Positions 10,080 through 23,170 are shown, counted from the stretch's first letter. The stretch: 64,000 nt of DNA from Octopus vulgaris (GCA_951406725.2 OX597818.1:95294001-95358000), one strand, 5' to 3'. Numbers and translations are program-made. Notes: a model not told the origin generated them from the letters alone.

Positions 10080-10275
10080 GAGTGCATGTCATTGTGTCTA
10101 TTTTTGTCCCCCACCGCTGCTTAACAACTCATGTTGGTGTGTTTATGTCCCTGTACCTCAGCAGTTCAACCAAAGTGACCAATAGAATAAGTACTAGTGG
10201 TCAATTTGTTCAACTAAAACCCTTCAAGGCAGTGCTCCAACATGGCCACAGTCAAATGGCTGAAACAAGTTAAAA
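10080..10275 (+). mobile_element. SINE family A, 3' half
   Basis: gaccaatagaataagtacta...gcagtgctccaacatggccacagtcaaat. Confidence 0.7.
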
Positions 10276-10331
10276 AAGGAGCTGTTATCCTCCATATTCA
10301 TTACATATATATATATATATATATATATATA

Positions 10332-10533
10332 CTTTATTTTAAGCAGCAGAAAATTCAACAAAATCTGTTACTCTGAGTTTCTCGTTGCCGTTCATCTGAT
10401 GAACGGCAACGAGAAACTCAGAGTAACAGATTTTGTTGAATTTTCTGCTGCTTAAAATAAAGCATATTACTCTACCACTGGTATTTGAGTACTCTTTTTT
10501 CCACCTTGTTTCACATTTATGTGTTTACTCCGG
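10332..10533 (+). mobile_element. PLE-like element with perfect 65-bp-arm palindrome centred in a hammerhead core
   Basis: 10332-10396 is the reverse complement of 10398-10462; CTGATGA acggcaacga GAAA ctcagag TA; flanked by (TA)n. Confidence 0.7.
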
Positions 10534-10599
10534 TATATATATATATATATAAGCTGCATATATGTATATACATGATGGCTATTATTGATAATAAGAGTC

Positions 10600-11035
10600 C
10601 ACACGTGGAACCCACTCAGGTGAAGCCTACAGGCAAAGGGACAAAATGCTTGTGACCCTGAGATACTTGCTAATGATATGGAAGTGTTTCCTGAGCCACA
10701 TTTTGATTGGATGCCCTAGGGCACTGAGAGAAGGCCATTACAACTGGAAACATGACGAGATTCTCGTAGGAATTATCAAGTGAACTGATCTGCAAAGGGT
10801 GAAGGTTAGTAAACACCAAAGGTTATCAAATTCTGAAAAGAAGGTGACAAAGCTCTGAAGGCAAAAGCAATAGAAGGGGAACCATTTTCTGTTTTTTGTT
10901 CAGCCATGACTGGGAGATGCATGTGTTCTTGGGGGAAGACTTATCTTCCCAAAGGAGATAGCGGTAACATCACTCTGACCAGATGTTCCTGCTCTCCAGG
11001 AATGCAAAAGTTTAGTGATTAAAGATATTGAAGGA
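10600..11035 (+). pseudogene. HERO-like (RLE-type) non-LTR retrotransposon C-terminal remnant
   Basis: From 10697: HILIGCPRALREGHYNWKHDEIL (zinc knuckle/RHD); downstream DWEMHV..LIFPKEIAVTSL*PDV (RPD endonuclease motif, CGA>TGA). Confidence 0.65.
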
Positions 11036-11880
11036 CAGAGATAGATGTCTTGTGGAGTAGATACATGGATACTCTAGTTGGTACAGAAAGGAGAGCAGGT
11101 TAAAAAAGAAAATAAAGAGAGCAATAATGAAAGAGATGATGGCAAAGATATGTGATTAGTAGAAATAGTAGGCTGAAAGATAATAGGAAATGGATGTAGT
11201 TTGGGGTGGGTGAAGAAAGGTAACAGATATCTAGGGTATGTAATTTATGCCTGTTCTGTTCTCGGGTGATAGAGTAGTGGTGATTGTTAGGGGATGGGTG
11301 GGGGAATAGTTGGCAGGGCAGGGGGGATGGAGATGACAAGCATTACCAAAATGGTTTTAGGGTATCAATTCTATTTTTAAGACATCGGATATGATTTGAA
11401 AACAATTTGACTGCTGTTTCTAGCAAGACATATGACCATGTGTAGGCTTCTATGCTATTTCATCAAAATTAATGACATCAGTCATAGTGGCGCTGCCTAG
11501 GTTTGGTAGCTGTTGTGTCAAGCAAAACATATCTGCATTGTGCATTTTATTCATTGTGTACAACAGTAGCTACAGTTTTCAATGGCAACAGCTCCTCTCA
11601 CCCAGAACTAATAATACTAAAGGAAAGTCCCTTACCTCATAAGCTCCTACACTACTATGAGTTACAAAGATATGTTTATGCAACTTCTTGGTCCGTTAGC
11701 TGCAAAATACACCTAATATTGATCCTACCACCACCACCAACCACAATGTGAGAAATTTAAAAGGTTATCAGAAGGTCTTAAAATGTAAGATATATTTCAT
11801 AATATATTTAACTTATGTAGAGTAGGATTTCATTAGAGATGGACATACATGCATATACACACACATATACAAATATATAT

Positions 11881-12222
11881 CTTTTATCTTTTACTTTTTT
11901 TCAGCCATCAGACTGCAGCTATGCCAGGGCACTACCTTGAAGAATTTTTAGTTCAATGAATCAATCCCAGTACTTTTTTTTTTAAGCCTGGTACTTACTC
12001 TATCTGTCTCTTTTGCCAAACTGCTAAGTTACAGGGAAGTAAACACACCAACACCAGTTGTCAAGTGGTGGTGAGGGACAAACACAGACACAAAGACACA
12101 CACACACACACACACACATATATGATGAGCTTGACTTCAGTTTCCCTCTACCAAATCCACTCACAAGGTTGGCCTGAGGCTATAGTAGAAGACACTTGCC
12201 CAAGATGCCATGCAATGGGACT
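11881..12222 (-). mobile_element. SINE family A (head interrupted)
   Basis: Reverse complement of the family A body; stops at gggactga where the mariner remnant begins. Confidence 0.8.
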
Positions 12223-12227
12223 GATAC

Positions 12228-12880
12228 ATGCAAAGTGTGTTCAAAAAGTACCTGACTATTTTTGTTCTGCCAAAACTAATGCCACATGGGCAAAATCCTT
12301 TGGGTGGGAGGTGACACCACCCTTCCTGTGCATGCATGAAAATTTCAACACCAGTAGGCCATGTCAGTTCCCACCTCTTATGCCTAGAGTACAGATGCCT
12401 AGAATACAGACATGTAGTTACACCCAGTGTAAAAACTTCATGGTCTTCATGAAGTCTGTGTCACAGTTTATGCAATCCAGCATGTCCTGAGCGATTTCCA
12501 TGTGGAGTTGCTTCTGCTGCTCTGCCAGCACCATGGGGACAAATTTCTCCAACTATCTGCATGCACAAACCCTCCATTGAAATGGAATGCACTGATCCTG
12601 TGCTTATTCCCACTTCATGAGCAACTTCCTGGATTGCTGCATGATGGTCTTCCATGACTAATCACTGAATGTTTTTAATTAACTTCTTGTTTTGGCTTGT
12701 GGGTGGCCTGCTTGAGTGTGCCTCACTCTCCACTGAGTACGGCCTTGTTTGAAGCAGTTGTACCACTCCTTGATCTGAGTTTTGCCCATGGTATCATCGC
12801 CAAAGATCTGCTGAATCTTCAGGATAGTTTGAGCTTGAGTATCACCAAGCTTATGGCAAAACTTGGTGCAATACCTCTGC
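12228..12880 (-). mobile_element. mariner remnant (N-terminal HTH domains)
   Basis: Minus strand QQRYCTKFCHKLGDTQAQTILKIQQIFGDDTMGKTQIKEWYNCFKQGR and EVAHEVGISTGSVHSI; TIR-like gtgtgttcaaaaagtacctgact at 12236. Confidence 0.75.
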
Positions 12881-13540
12881 TGAGATGTGTGTGTAACCCA
12901 TTAGTTGTTCATATGTCCAAAAAAAATAGGCAGACTCTAAAAAATTTTTTGACAATTGATATTTTGTGTAGTCATTGGTGATGGCTAGTCAGACATGTCT
13001 ATTATATCTATTATGGTTTCATACCTATTATTGCTCTTAACAATATAGGTGACTCATCAGACCTGCTGGCCAGGGTCAGTCTATGTACGATTTTTGTTCA
13101 CTTGTCAGCAAGCATAGAGGTCCATGTCTACAACACAAATTTTCTCTCAGCAAGGCATTGTGCATGTATGCGTGTATATGTGCAAGTATTTGGTGTGAGT
13201 ATATGTGCAGATCTGTATATGTTGTTTTATGTATGTATACTAACACTTATAGTTGCATAACTAGACTTATGCATATGGTTTTATATACTAAACTTTTGGA
13301 AATTTTTTAATATTTTGACAGTTCTTTGATGGCTTGTATTTGTAGTTTGTTACTTAGCTTTCTCCCTTCTGGTTTTGGGAAGTCTTATATATATATATAT
13401 GTATGCATGGGTGTGTGCATGTGTTTGTATCTCCTTGTCTTGACATAGTGTGATATCTGTAAACAAGTGTCACTCTCTTATAATGTAATGTCCTCCATTT
13501 CCCATCTTTCATAAAAACCTGTCTGGCAATAGAGAAATAT

Positions 13541-13922
13541 TAAGTAGCTTGCTTCGAACCACATGATCCCGGGTTCAGTCCCACTGCGTGGAACCCTGGG
13601 CAAGTGTCTTCTACTATAGCCTCGGGCCGACCAAAGCCTTGTGAGTGGATTTGGTAGACGGAAGCTGAAAGAAACGCATCATATATATGTACATATATAT
13701 GTGTGTGTGTGTGCGTATGTTTGTGTGTCTGTGTTTGTCTCCCCAACATCGCTTGACAACTGATGCTGCTGTGTTTACGTCCCCATAACTTAGCAGTTCG
13801 GCAAAAAAGACCAGTAGAATAAGTACTAGACTTACAAAGAATAAATCCGGTGGGGTCGATTAAAGGTGGTGCTCCAGCAAGGCCACAGTCAAATGACTGA
13901 AACAAGTAAAAGAATAAAAGAG
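13541..13922 (+). mobile_element. SINE family A (tRNA-derived)
   Basis: gggttcagtccc B box, cctgggcaagtgtc, internal (TG)n, aagaataaaag tail. Confidence 0.85.
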
Positions 13923-14076
13923 TTTCTTAGAAACAGGTGAGGTTTTGCAACACAAAGGGCATCTGGCCCTAAAAAATCTGCCTTGGCAAATTGTTTGATC
14001 AATGCAAGCATGGAAAATTGAACATTAAAACAATAATGATGATGATGATGATGATTTATCTATATATGTGTATATA

Positions 14077-14460
14077 GGCGCTGGAGTGGTTGTGTGGTAA
14101 GAAGCTTGCTTCCTAATCACATGGTTCCAGGTTCAGTCGCACTGTGTGGTACCTTGGGCAAATGTCTTCTACTATAGCCTCAGGCCGACCAGAGCCTTGT
14201 GAGTGGTTTTGGTAGATGGAAACTGAAAGAAGCCTGACATTTATGTATGCATGTATGTATTTGTGTGTCTGTGTTTGTCCCCCATTACTTAACAACCGAT
14301 GTTGAAGTGTTTGTCCCCATAACTTAGCGGTTCATCAAAAGAGACCAATAGAATAAGTACTAGGCTTACAAAGAATAAGTCCTGGGGTTGATTTGTTCAA
14401 TTAAAGGCAGTGTTTCAGCATGGCCACAGTCAAATGACTGAAGCAAGTAAAGAATAAAAG
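14077..14460 (+). mobile_element. SINE family A, full length
   Basis: ggcgctggagtggttgtgtggtaag head through gaataaaag tail. Confidence 0.85.
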
Positions 14461-14465
14461 TAACA

Positions 14466-14520
<55 letters not shown>

Positions 14521-14608
14521 TTAGGGAGTAAATCCAAACTTACAGGGAAAAATTAGATTTAAGATTAAATCAAATTTCACAGTATAAATATAAATTAAAT
14601 TAGAGATA
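14521..14608. mobile_element. truncated copy of the 938-1440 PLE-like terminus
   Basis: ttagggagtaaatccaaacttacagggaaaaa..aaattagagata matches 948-1040; adjacent to (TA)n(TAA)n. Confidence 0.7.
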
Positions 14609-14640
14609 CGTTCTTGTTCTATTTTTGGGATTTATATAAG

Positions 14641-15037
14641 AGTGGCTGTGTGGTAAGTAGCTTGCTTACCAACCACATGGTTCCGAGTTCAGTCCCACTG
14701 TGTGGCACTTTGGGCAAGTGTCTTCTACAATAGCCTTGGGCCAACTGAAGCCTTGTGAGTGGATTTGGTAGACGGAAACTGAAAGAAACCCGTCGTATAT
14801 ATGTATGTGTGTGTGTGTGTGTTTTTGTGTGTCTATGTTTGTCCCCCCAACATCGCTTGACAACCGATGCTGGTGTGTCTGCGTCTCCATAACTTAGCAG
14901 TTCGGCAAGAGAGACCAATAGAATAAGTACTAGGCTTACAAAGAATAAATCCTGGGGTCAATTTGCTCGACTAAAGGCAGTGCTCCAGCATGGCCACAGT
15001 CAAATGACTGAAACAAATAAAAGAGTAAAGAGAGAGT
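14641..15037 (+). mobile_element. SINE family A, full length
   Basis: Same head, body and tail as 14077. Confidence 0.85.
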
Positions 15038-15042
15038 AAACA

Positions 15043-16160
15043 CAACATGTTGTAGTTGATGGAGTCCACTCAAACCCAGCAAAAGTCACCAGCGGTGTTC
15101 CCCAGGGAACTGTTTTGGGTCCGCTACTCTTCATAATTTACGTAAACGACCTTTCCAGTGTCGTACATCACTGCAAAGTGAAAAATATTCGCTGATGACA
15201 CTAAGCTCCAGCAAATCGTCAATGAAGAAGCAGACCGAACTCAACTCCAGTCTGATCTTATATGCTGTGAGTCAATGGGCAGACAGAAACAAAATGCAAC
15301 TGAATGAGGGAAAATTTGAGCTGATGCATTTTGGAAGAAATTCCTCACTAAAACAACCATACTCTCTTCCTTCAGGGGAACGCTCACAGCCTCTAACAAT
15401 ATCAGAGACCTGGGTGTAATTGTTGATGACGATCTCAGTTGGAGTGCACACATCAACAAGAAGGTCAATATAGCTCGTAGGACGAGTTCCTGGATCTTAA
15501 GAACTTTCCGGTCCAGAGAACAAGGTGTCATCATACCACTTTTTTCCTCCTTTGTACGGCCACACCTTGAATACTGCTGCCCACTGTGGTCTCCTCACAC
15601 AAGACAAAACATCTCCAGAATTGAGTCACCCCAGAGGGCTCTCACTAAACAAATTGAAGGCATGGCTGCTCTCGATTATTGGGATCGCCTTAAAGCCTTG
15701 AAACTTTACTCCCTCCAGTGTCGCCGTGAGCGGTACATCATTTGTACGATGTGGAAAATATACCGCCAACTTTGCCCAAACGACCTAAACATTAGCTTCA
15801 AGGTTCATCGAAGACTTAGACCACGGGCTATACGTCCCCTGCCAAATTCAAGATCACAACATACATGTACACTGCAACATAATTTCTTTTCCTCAACAGG
15901 CCCTGCCCTATTTAACATTGTCCCGAGGGAGATCAAAGAGGAAAAGGATCCCATCAACTTTAAACAGAGTCTGGATAGATTCCTTCAAAGAATACCAGAT
16001 AAGCCACCCATAATTGGATACAACTCACCCAACAAGAACTCACTACTTGAACAAAACTTGACTTAAACAGGATTCGAATAATCCTATCAGGTGGTGCTAT
16101 TAAGTTAGACATGGCCTGGACCAATCTCTGGTCGAAACATATCTAAGTTTATCTAAGTTT
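15043..16160 (+). mobile_element. 5'-truncated CR1/L2-group LINE (RT motifs to 3' end), frameshifted
   Basis: [65 protein letters not shown]; tail atctaagttt x2. Confidence 0.9.
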
Positions 16161-17057
16161 ATATATATATATATATATATAAATATATACACATGCATGA
16201 TGGACTTTTTTCCAGTTTCAGTTTAACAAATCTGCTTTACAAGGCTTTGGTTGGCCTGGTGCTCGAATAGAAGATACTTGCCTGAGATGCTACTCAGTAG
16301 GACTGTATGGGTGCAAGTAGTAGGTTACGTTGACCTCATCATTTTGTAGTCATATTTGATATCAATAGTCGTTTACTTAGAAGCCAAGTGAGAAATCAAT
16401 TAACAAATCATTACTCGTTGAAGGCAATAAAGTTAATTAATATGAGGTTGTTTAGCAACAATGATTGGTTTAATGTGTGTGTTTGAACATGTGTGTGAGA
16501 ACATGTGTGAGAACATGTGTGGGTGTATGTGTGAACATGTGTGTGTGTACATGTGTGTGTGGAGGATGCGAACATATGTGTTTGTGAGAGCACTCATACA
16601 TAAGCACACACACATACATAAGCATGCATAAACTCACACACTCACACACATAAGTGCACACACACACACACTCATATACAGAGCTTCTGCTTATTGTATA
16701 ACAAGGTCACATGCATATTAGTTCAATTCTGATAGCAATGACGATGATGACAAAGACAATTGATGAGGATGATGATGACGTGGAGGAGGAGGAGGACAGT
16801 AATAGAAATAATGATGATGCTTTCTTTATGGCTGGTAAATATATGCACCTGTGTGTGTGTGTGTGTGTGTGTGCGGTAATATTTAAGTTCCCCAGGAGAC
16901 AAGTATATGACCTTCTATCAATTTTGTTGCTTTTGTTTCACTTCATGCCCATTCTTAATACTCTCAGGAAAATAATGAACATCACAACATCCTAATTGCA
17001 AAATCTCCTAGATATATACTGTGCAGAAGCCCATTGTGTTTGTGTGTGTGTGTATAA

Positions 17058-17340
17058 CGGTGCTTGGTATAGTGGTTTAGATATTGGATTCACAATTGTT
17101 AATCCATGGGTTGAAATCTTGGACTAAGCAGTATGTTGTGTTCTTGAGCAAGGCACTTCATTGATTCAATTGAGTCTACTTAAATATGAGTACCTGCAAC
17201 AGTTGGTGGGGTAGGTAGCAGGGTTATGTCTGTGATGGAATGGCATCCTCTTTAGGGGCAGGATCTTGTATCCTCACTCACTGAAATACCTCAGACACTG
17301 GGATAATCTCTAGTCTAGTGATCCTGTTGGCTTATTACAG
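17058..17340 (+). mobile_element. degenerate tRNA-derived SINE
   Basis: ttggtatagtggtttag..gggttgaaatc..tgttcttgagcaaggcactt. Confidence 0.55.
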
Positions 17341-17392
17341 AATATAGATATATATATATGAATATGTGTGTGTGTGTGTGTACACATACATA

Positions 17393-17958
17393 TATGAGGG
17401 GACACCCAAAAGAAACCGGATTTTTGCAATATTTTATTCACTTATTTTTTCATGTTTACGGTTTTTTCACCTTCAAAATATTCTTCACTTGAAGTAATAC
17501 ATCAATCCAGGTATATTTTCCACTATCGGAAGCAGTACTGAAACTCCTGCAAAGTGATGCCTTTTAATGCCTCTGTCATTTTTTTCTTCACCTCTTCCAC
17601 ATCTGCAAATTCCATAGCACCAGCTTTTGTCACCAGTGATGACCTCTAAAAAAAGGTCCTGATCAACTTCCAACTGTTCTTTCAGTTCATGACATGCATT
17701 CAGTCATGACTGATTTTGATCTTCCATGAGCAAACAAGGTGTAAATTTTGCTGCAATTCTTTTTATTTGCAGCTCCTCGCTCAAAATTTGTTGGAAGAAG
17801 CTACAGGACACACCAATCATATCAAGAAGTTAGTCAATTGTTTGGTGATGGTCCTTCAAGATCAGTTCATGAATTTTCATGATGTTTTCATTCATTCAGG
17901 AGGTTGACAGTTGTCCTGAATGAGATTGGTCTTCAAGTGACATGTTACCATTCTTAAA
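17393..17958 (-). mobile_element. internally deleted mariner (partial copy of 42991-43878)
   Basis: TIR tatgaggggacacccaaaagaaacc; VITGDKSWCY (first catalytic D region) fused to the C-terminus. Confidence 0.8.
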
Positions 17959-18439
17959 GGTGTATGTCCGTGCGTGTGTGTGAGCATGCACACATATGCA
18001 TGCATTTGTGTGCATGCATGCATGCACATGTGTGTATGTGTATTGGCATGGAGTAACCACAATCAGTACATCAAACAAAAACTATCATGCTATATTTAAT
18101 TCTGACCAAGTCATCTTTCTTTATACCAGGTATGAAATACCTTTCATCTCTGATGGCATCTGAGATCAATATAATAGACTTAAACCTTTTCAGAGCAGTG
18201 CTCCAGTATGGCCATAATCAAGTGATTCAAACCAGTAAAAGTAGAAGTAATGATGTTCTCTCATAACAACAAAGCCAGACCCACATCACAAAGACTAAAG
18301 TACTTTTTTAGAACCCAGAAACATTTCATCGTTAATCAGTTGTTAACCCTCTACAATGCACAAAGCCCACATTGTGGTACCAGTCACCTCCAATAGACAG
18401 TGCTGCTGCTGCTATTGCTTCACACATTACACCCTAGAC

Positions 18440-18605
18440 CAGGCATGGGCAATCTTTTGCAAGAAGCAGACCACATGTAACATGGTTCATCATCTGGAGA
18501 GCAGCACTACTAAAAAATTCACGGTAATTTTTTTGTTAGGCATGCCATTCTGAAAGTTCCATGGGCCAAATAACTGCCTGTAGACTACAGTTTACCCAAA
18601 ATTAA
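18440..18605. mobile_element. possible hAT-type MITE
   Basis: Starts caggcatgggcaa; cctagac repeated on both flanks; right TIR degenerate. Confidence 0.4.
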
Positions 18606-18910
18606 CCTAGACCACATCCAGAAGGAATCTTTTCAACCGATTGGTATTGATTCAATCACCAACACATGACAACTTCTGGTCCATAGATGTACCATTTCTT
18701 CTCTTCCTCTGTTTCTTTTATCACTCTTGCAATGGTCTCTGCTATTCTGAAATAGCTACCATCATCTACATTCGTTTTGTCTCTTCTGCCATCATCCATA
18801 AAACAGTATTTTATAGGCAGTGAGAACAGAAGAAATTGGCATATTTATCCTCTAAGAAATTGTACAAAATACTTCATCTAGTCTTTCTTCCTTCAGACTA
18901 TAACTGTCCA

Positions 18911-19142
18911 AGGCAGCAAGCTGGCAGAAACGTTAGCGCGCTGGGTGAAATGCTTAGCGGTATTTCGTCTGTCGTTACGTTCTGAGTTCAAATTCCGCCA
19001 AGGTCGACTTTGCCTTTCATCCTTTCGGGGTCGATAGATAAAGTACCAGTTTCACACTGGGGTCGATGTAATCAACTTAATCCCTTTGTCTGTCCTTGTT
19101 TATTCCCTCTATGTTTATCCCCTTGTTGGCAGTAAAGAAATA
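18911..19142 (+). mobile_element. SINE family B (tRNA head plus Nin/Deu-like domain)
   Basis: gagttcaaattcc B box; gcctttcatcctttcggggtcgata..aagtacc domain; aaagaaata tail. Confidence 0.85.
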
Positions 19143-19962
19143 TATAACTGTCCAGGTTTTACTGTTGACATTTTTATGTCTTTTTTTCCTACAAAAATTG
19201 ACCTACAGTTGTCCAAACTGAACATTAATATATATCAATCTCTCCTGTTGGTGAGGACCTGCAAAGATCATGAGCACTACCCCTTTTTAACAAACACATA
19301 CATTTACTGGAGGTAGCCATCATCAATATTCATCATCATCATCATCATCATTTTCAACATCAATGGCTTAGTGTTGTTATTACTGTCATCATTTTTGTCG
19401 TTGTTATGAAGTAACTCCTGTCTTGGTATTCAGCCACAGATTCACTTTGCAAAATATACCATACTTTTATCTGATTGGGTTGAGGAGGGTGCCTTACGAA
19501 GTGATCTGGTTTAAAGTTCGTTATTTAACTAACATTTTAACTATGGCTATCTCTCAACCTCTATTTTTTATTCAGTCACATTTAGGGGAAAGGTGGGGAG
19601 GTTGATAGGAGGAGGTGTTATCTAATCATTTTTATCTGTTAATCCCTTCTTCAGTTATTCATTGTTCGCCAAGCAGCAGTTTTCTTTTATCCAAAGGAGA
19701 CAGAGAAATACAGTAACATCTTACATTGTCACAAGGCACGGAATTTTTAAAGAAAGCTGTTGTCAATTGAATTAACTACAATATATACATGATATTTTGT
19801 TTTATTAAAGCATGAAAAGCAAATACAACTCTGATATGTATATAGAAAGACAACACTAAATTTTGCAAGTTTCTCACTATTTCTGTCACTCCAAACTCCT
19901 GAAGGAGTTGATTGTATATAACAGCTGAATATAGTATATATTATTAACTATAAAAAAAAAAA

Positions 19963-20270
19963 TGGCACTCTGTTGGTTACGATGATAAGGGTTCCAGTTG
20001 ATCTGATCAACACATCAGCTTGTTCATGAAATTAACATGCAAGTGGCTGAGCATTCCACAGACATGCATGCCTTTCATGTAGTTCTCGGGGAAATTCAGC
20101 ATGACATAGAATGTGCCAAGACTGACCCTTTAAATTATAAGCACAACTCATTTTTGCTAGCTGAATGGACTTGTGCAATGTGAAATGAAGTATCTTGCTC
20201 AAAGACAAAGACAACACCAGGGCTTGAACTCACAACCTTACAATCATGAACTGAACACCCTAACCATTTA
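19963..20270 (-). mobile_element. SINE family E variant
   Basis: Shares ggttccagttgatc..ggctgagca.tccacaga body with 31328; tRNA-like head at the right end. Confidence 0.75.
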
Positions 20271-20280
20271 ATAAAAAAAA

Positions 20281-20655
20281 TAATAATGAAATTATTGTAT
20301 ACAGTGCTCAGGTACACCACAACTTGTCAAAAGTGCGTATAAAGTATATGCAGTAATGTACAAATGTCTGGAAAGTGAACAGTGTATGAGTCAGATACAT
20401 GCTTGTGTGTGTATGGAGGGGAGAAAATCAGGTGTAGTGTTGGCAAATCTCAAGAAGCATGGAAGTTTTGAAGGATGCAGTGCTCCGACAACTAACAACT
20501 GATGCCGGCAGTTTGTTCCATGCTTCAGCAACTCTTAGCATGAAAAAATGTTTCCGAAAGTCATGAGAGCTGTGCTGTTTTCTGACTTTGTAAACATGTC
20601 CACGGGTGTTAGACAGGTGGAGTTTGAAAAGGTGCTCAGAATTATTATTAGCCAT
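20281..20655 (-). mobile_element. 3' end of CR1/L2-group LINE (same family as 1-470)
   Basis: NTRGHVYKVRKQHSSHDFRKHFFMLRVAEAWNKLP. Confidence 0.85.
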
Positions 20656-20913
20656 GATCAGTGGGATTTGATCTCAACAAAATGAAGTAGCAGTCAAACA
20701 TGGAATTAGTCAATGTTTGACTAATTCCATCATCATCATTTTAACATTGATTTTTCCATGCTTGTATGGGTAGACAGATTTTTTTATAACTAGATTCCCC
20801 TCCTGTCACCAGCCCTCACCTGTGTTGACCAAGTAAGGTAATATTTCCCCATGGCCACACGCTTTCACAGAATATTGGAAATAAATGACATTGCTTGTAT
20901 GACAGTGACACTT

Positions 20914-21138
20914 GAGCTGGCAGAATCGTTAGCACGCAGGCAAAATGCTTAGCAGTATTTCGTCTACTGTTACGTTCTGAGTTCAAATTCTGCCGAGGTC
21001 GACTTTGCCTTTCATCCTTTCAGGGTCGATTAAATAAGTACAAGTTATGCATTGGAGTCAATGTAATCGACTTAATCCCTTTGTCTGTCCTTGTTTGTCC
21101 CCTCTATGTTTATCTCCCTGTGGGCAATAAAGAAATAA
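20914..21138 (+). mobile_element. SINE family B
   Basis: Full body as at 18911; inserted into a family D repeat. Confidence 0.85.
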
Positions 21139-21404
21139 ATTACTATGTGATGTCAAGAGAAGGAGACCCAAACATACGCACACATACACTTCTAGCAGAA
21201 TTAAAGATATTTTTCTAGCAGTATGATTTGAAGGAAGGTTTGGCTGCTATTTCCTGCAGTTATGTAGGGTGTTCCTATGTGGCTTGCTGACTTGGCTGAC
21301 TGTTCTAGGTAGATGTGGTGAAAAAGATAATAAGTATTGTAGCCATGGTGAAAACAAAGATAGTAACTATGGTAGCTTTGTTGTAGATGCTAACTCTTTA
21401 CATA

Positions 21405-21620
21405 TTTACTCTTTTACATGTTTCACTTGTTGAACTGCAGCCATGCTGGAGCACTATTTTGTTAGCACTCAGGGTTAGTTGAACAAATCAACCCTAGTAT
21501 TTATTTTAAAACTGGTACTTATTCTGTGGGTCTCTTTGCTGAACCACTAAATTGCAGTGGTGAAACAGACCACACCTATTGTTGAGCAGTTAGGAGAGAC
21601 ACACAAATACACACACACAC
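21405..21620 (-). mobile_element. SINE family A, 3' half
   Basis: gcagccatgctggagcac..ctggtacttattct. Confidence 0.65.
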
Positions 21621-21656
21621 ACATTTACACATATACACATGTTTCTCTCTCACTCT

Positions 21657-21701
<45 letters not shown>

Positions 21702-21992
21702 TGTGTTTATATAAACTTGTTTTCTTAGTTAAAACTGTGTTAAGAATATTCAGATGAGAGGATCATCGCTGAAGGAGAAAGGGACATGGAAAAATGTGAA
21801 TCCATAAACACTTTGTAGTTACTCATATAGATCAAATATATGCTAACATGATTCCAGTTCTTCTTTCGTAGTTCAAGTTGAACTTGAATTTTTTTTTCTC
21901 ACTTTTCTCCCTCTTCAGTAAGGATCATCATCATCATCATCATCATCATTATCGTTTTTATTTAAACTTTTACAAACTTGCATGGTTTAGAC

Positions 21993-23170
21993 TAGTGTTT
22001 CCTAAAGTTTTTGCACCAAATTGCAATATCACCCACCTATCAGCCAAAAAATGCTCCATCGCCCACCTGTGTAAAAATAAACCCTGACACCCCAACACAA
22101 AATCCCCTAGGATGCACCCCTTGTATCATTTGACACAGACACTATATCGTAGACTCGTTGCCCTGTTAGTGCAGTTTAGACTAAATATGCAGTTATTGTG
22201 AGTTTAGTTTTGCTGTTAGTGTGAATAAACTTTTAATGTTAACTCTATATTATGCAGACAGATTAACTTCTGGAAACTTGCACTTTATTTTACACTGATT
22301 TTCATTTTCCCCAAATGAATCATTGATCAGAACTACCGATGCAACAATAATTAATGATTGTATTATAAAGGAAAAGAATAAAACATTTTAATGAGAACTA
22401 TGTGTCTGGTGCAATGCAGCTAGTACAGATACATTCGGTTTCAAACTTGTCGACTTTAGCTGCAAGTTTCCTTGTTATATCACATCCAGGCCAGTTCTTT
22501 TATGGGAAAATAAAGTTCCAATATGGTTAAAACCAGATTCAACCAGATATGAGGTAGGGAAGGCAAGCAAAAGTAATTTCAGATGTTTCCACAGACTGGG
22601 GTAGGAATTCAATATACTCTGATGGTACCACAAACCGTCTCTGTCATTACAGTGATATCGCATTGTGGCGTCACTGTCATTTGTAATTCTATCAATTCCT
22701 CCTGAACATCATCCTCACAATCGATTTGCATCGATCTCGAATGGACTGCTATACCAATTTGGAATATTCAGCGCAATAACATCTTGAAATGGCTCCACCA
22801 TGTTATCATGCAATGATTGTAAATAGTTGCGATATGTAGTTAAATCCTCATCAACCAATTCATCTTTTAAAGAATCAAGATGTGGAAATTGATGGAATTT
22901 ACATTTTGAAATGTTAGTCTTAAACAACACCAATTTCGAAATGAAGGTAGTGATAAATGATTTACAATCAGAGTTTTTCTGTTTCCTTGCAATAACTTAT
23001 TCAAATCATTTGATTTTGTGAATATATCAGATAGTGGAGTATCTTCAAAGAAAAAATATTATATAAAACAGTTCAACAAAGCATAAAGCACAGTTTTCTT
23101 TTGACAGCCACCACACTTCGGTATAGTATAAGAGTTTAGTATGGTCCTCATCAGTCCTCAGAGAGTTGAT
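21993..23170 (-). mobile_element. hAT transposon remnant (Buster/SPIN-like)
   Basis: LLYYTEVWWLS (HTEVRWLS-like) at ~23100-23135; YPSLWKHLKLLLLAFPTSYLVESGF dimerisation domain; terminus tagtgtttcctaaag. Confidence 0.85.

Noticed and set aside
13540-14918. Recurring peptide SVYQIHSQGFGRPEAIVEDTCP suggesting a gene family
   Set aside because: Antisense translation of SINE family A
16105-16160. gacc/ggtc hairpin plus GAAAC at the LINE 3' end
   Set aside because: Lacks CTGANGA; better explained as the usual LINE 3' stem-loop
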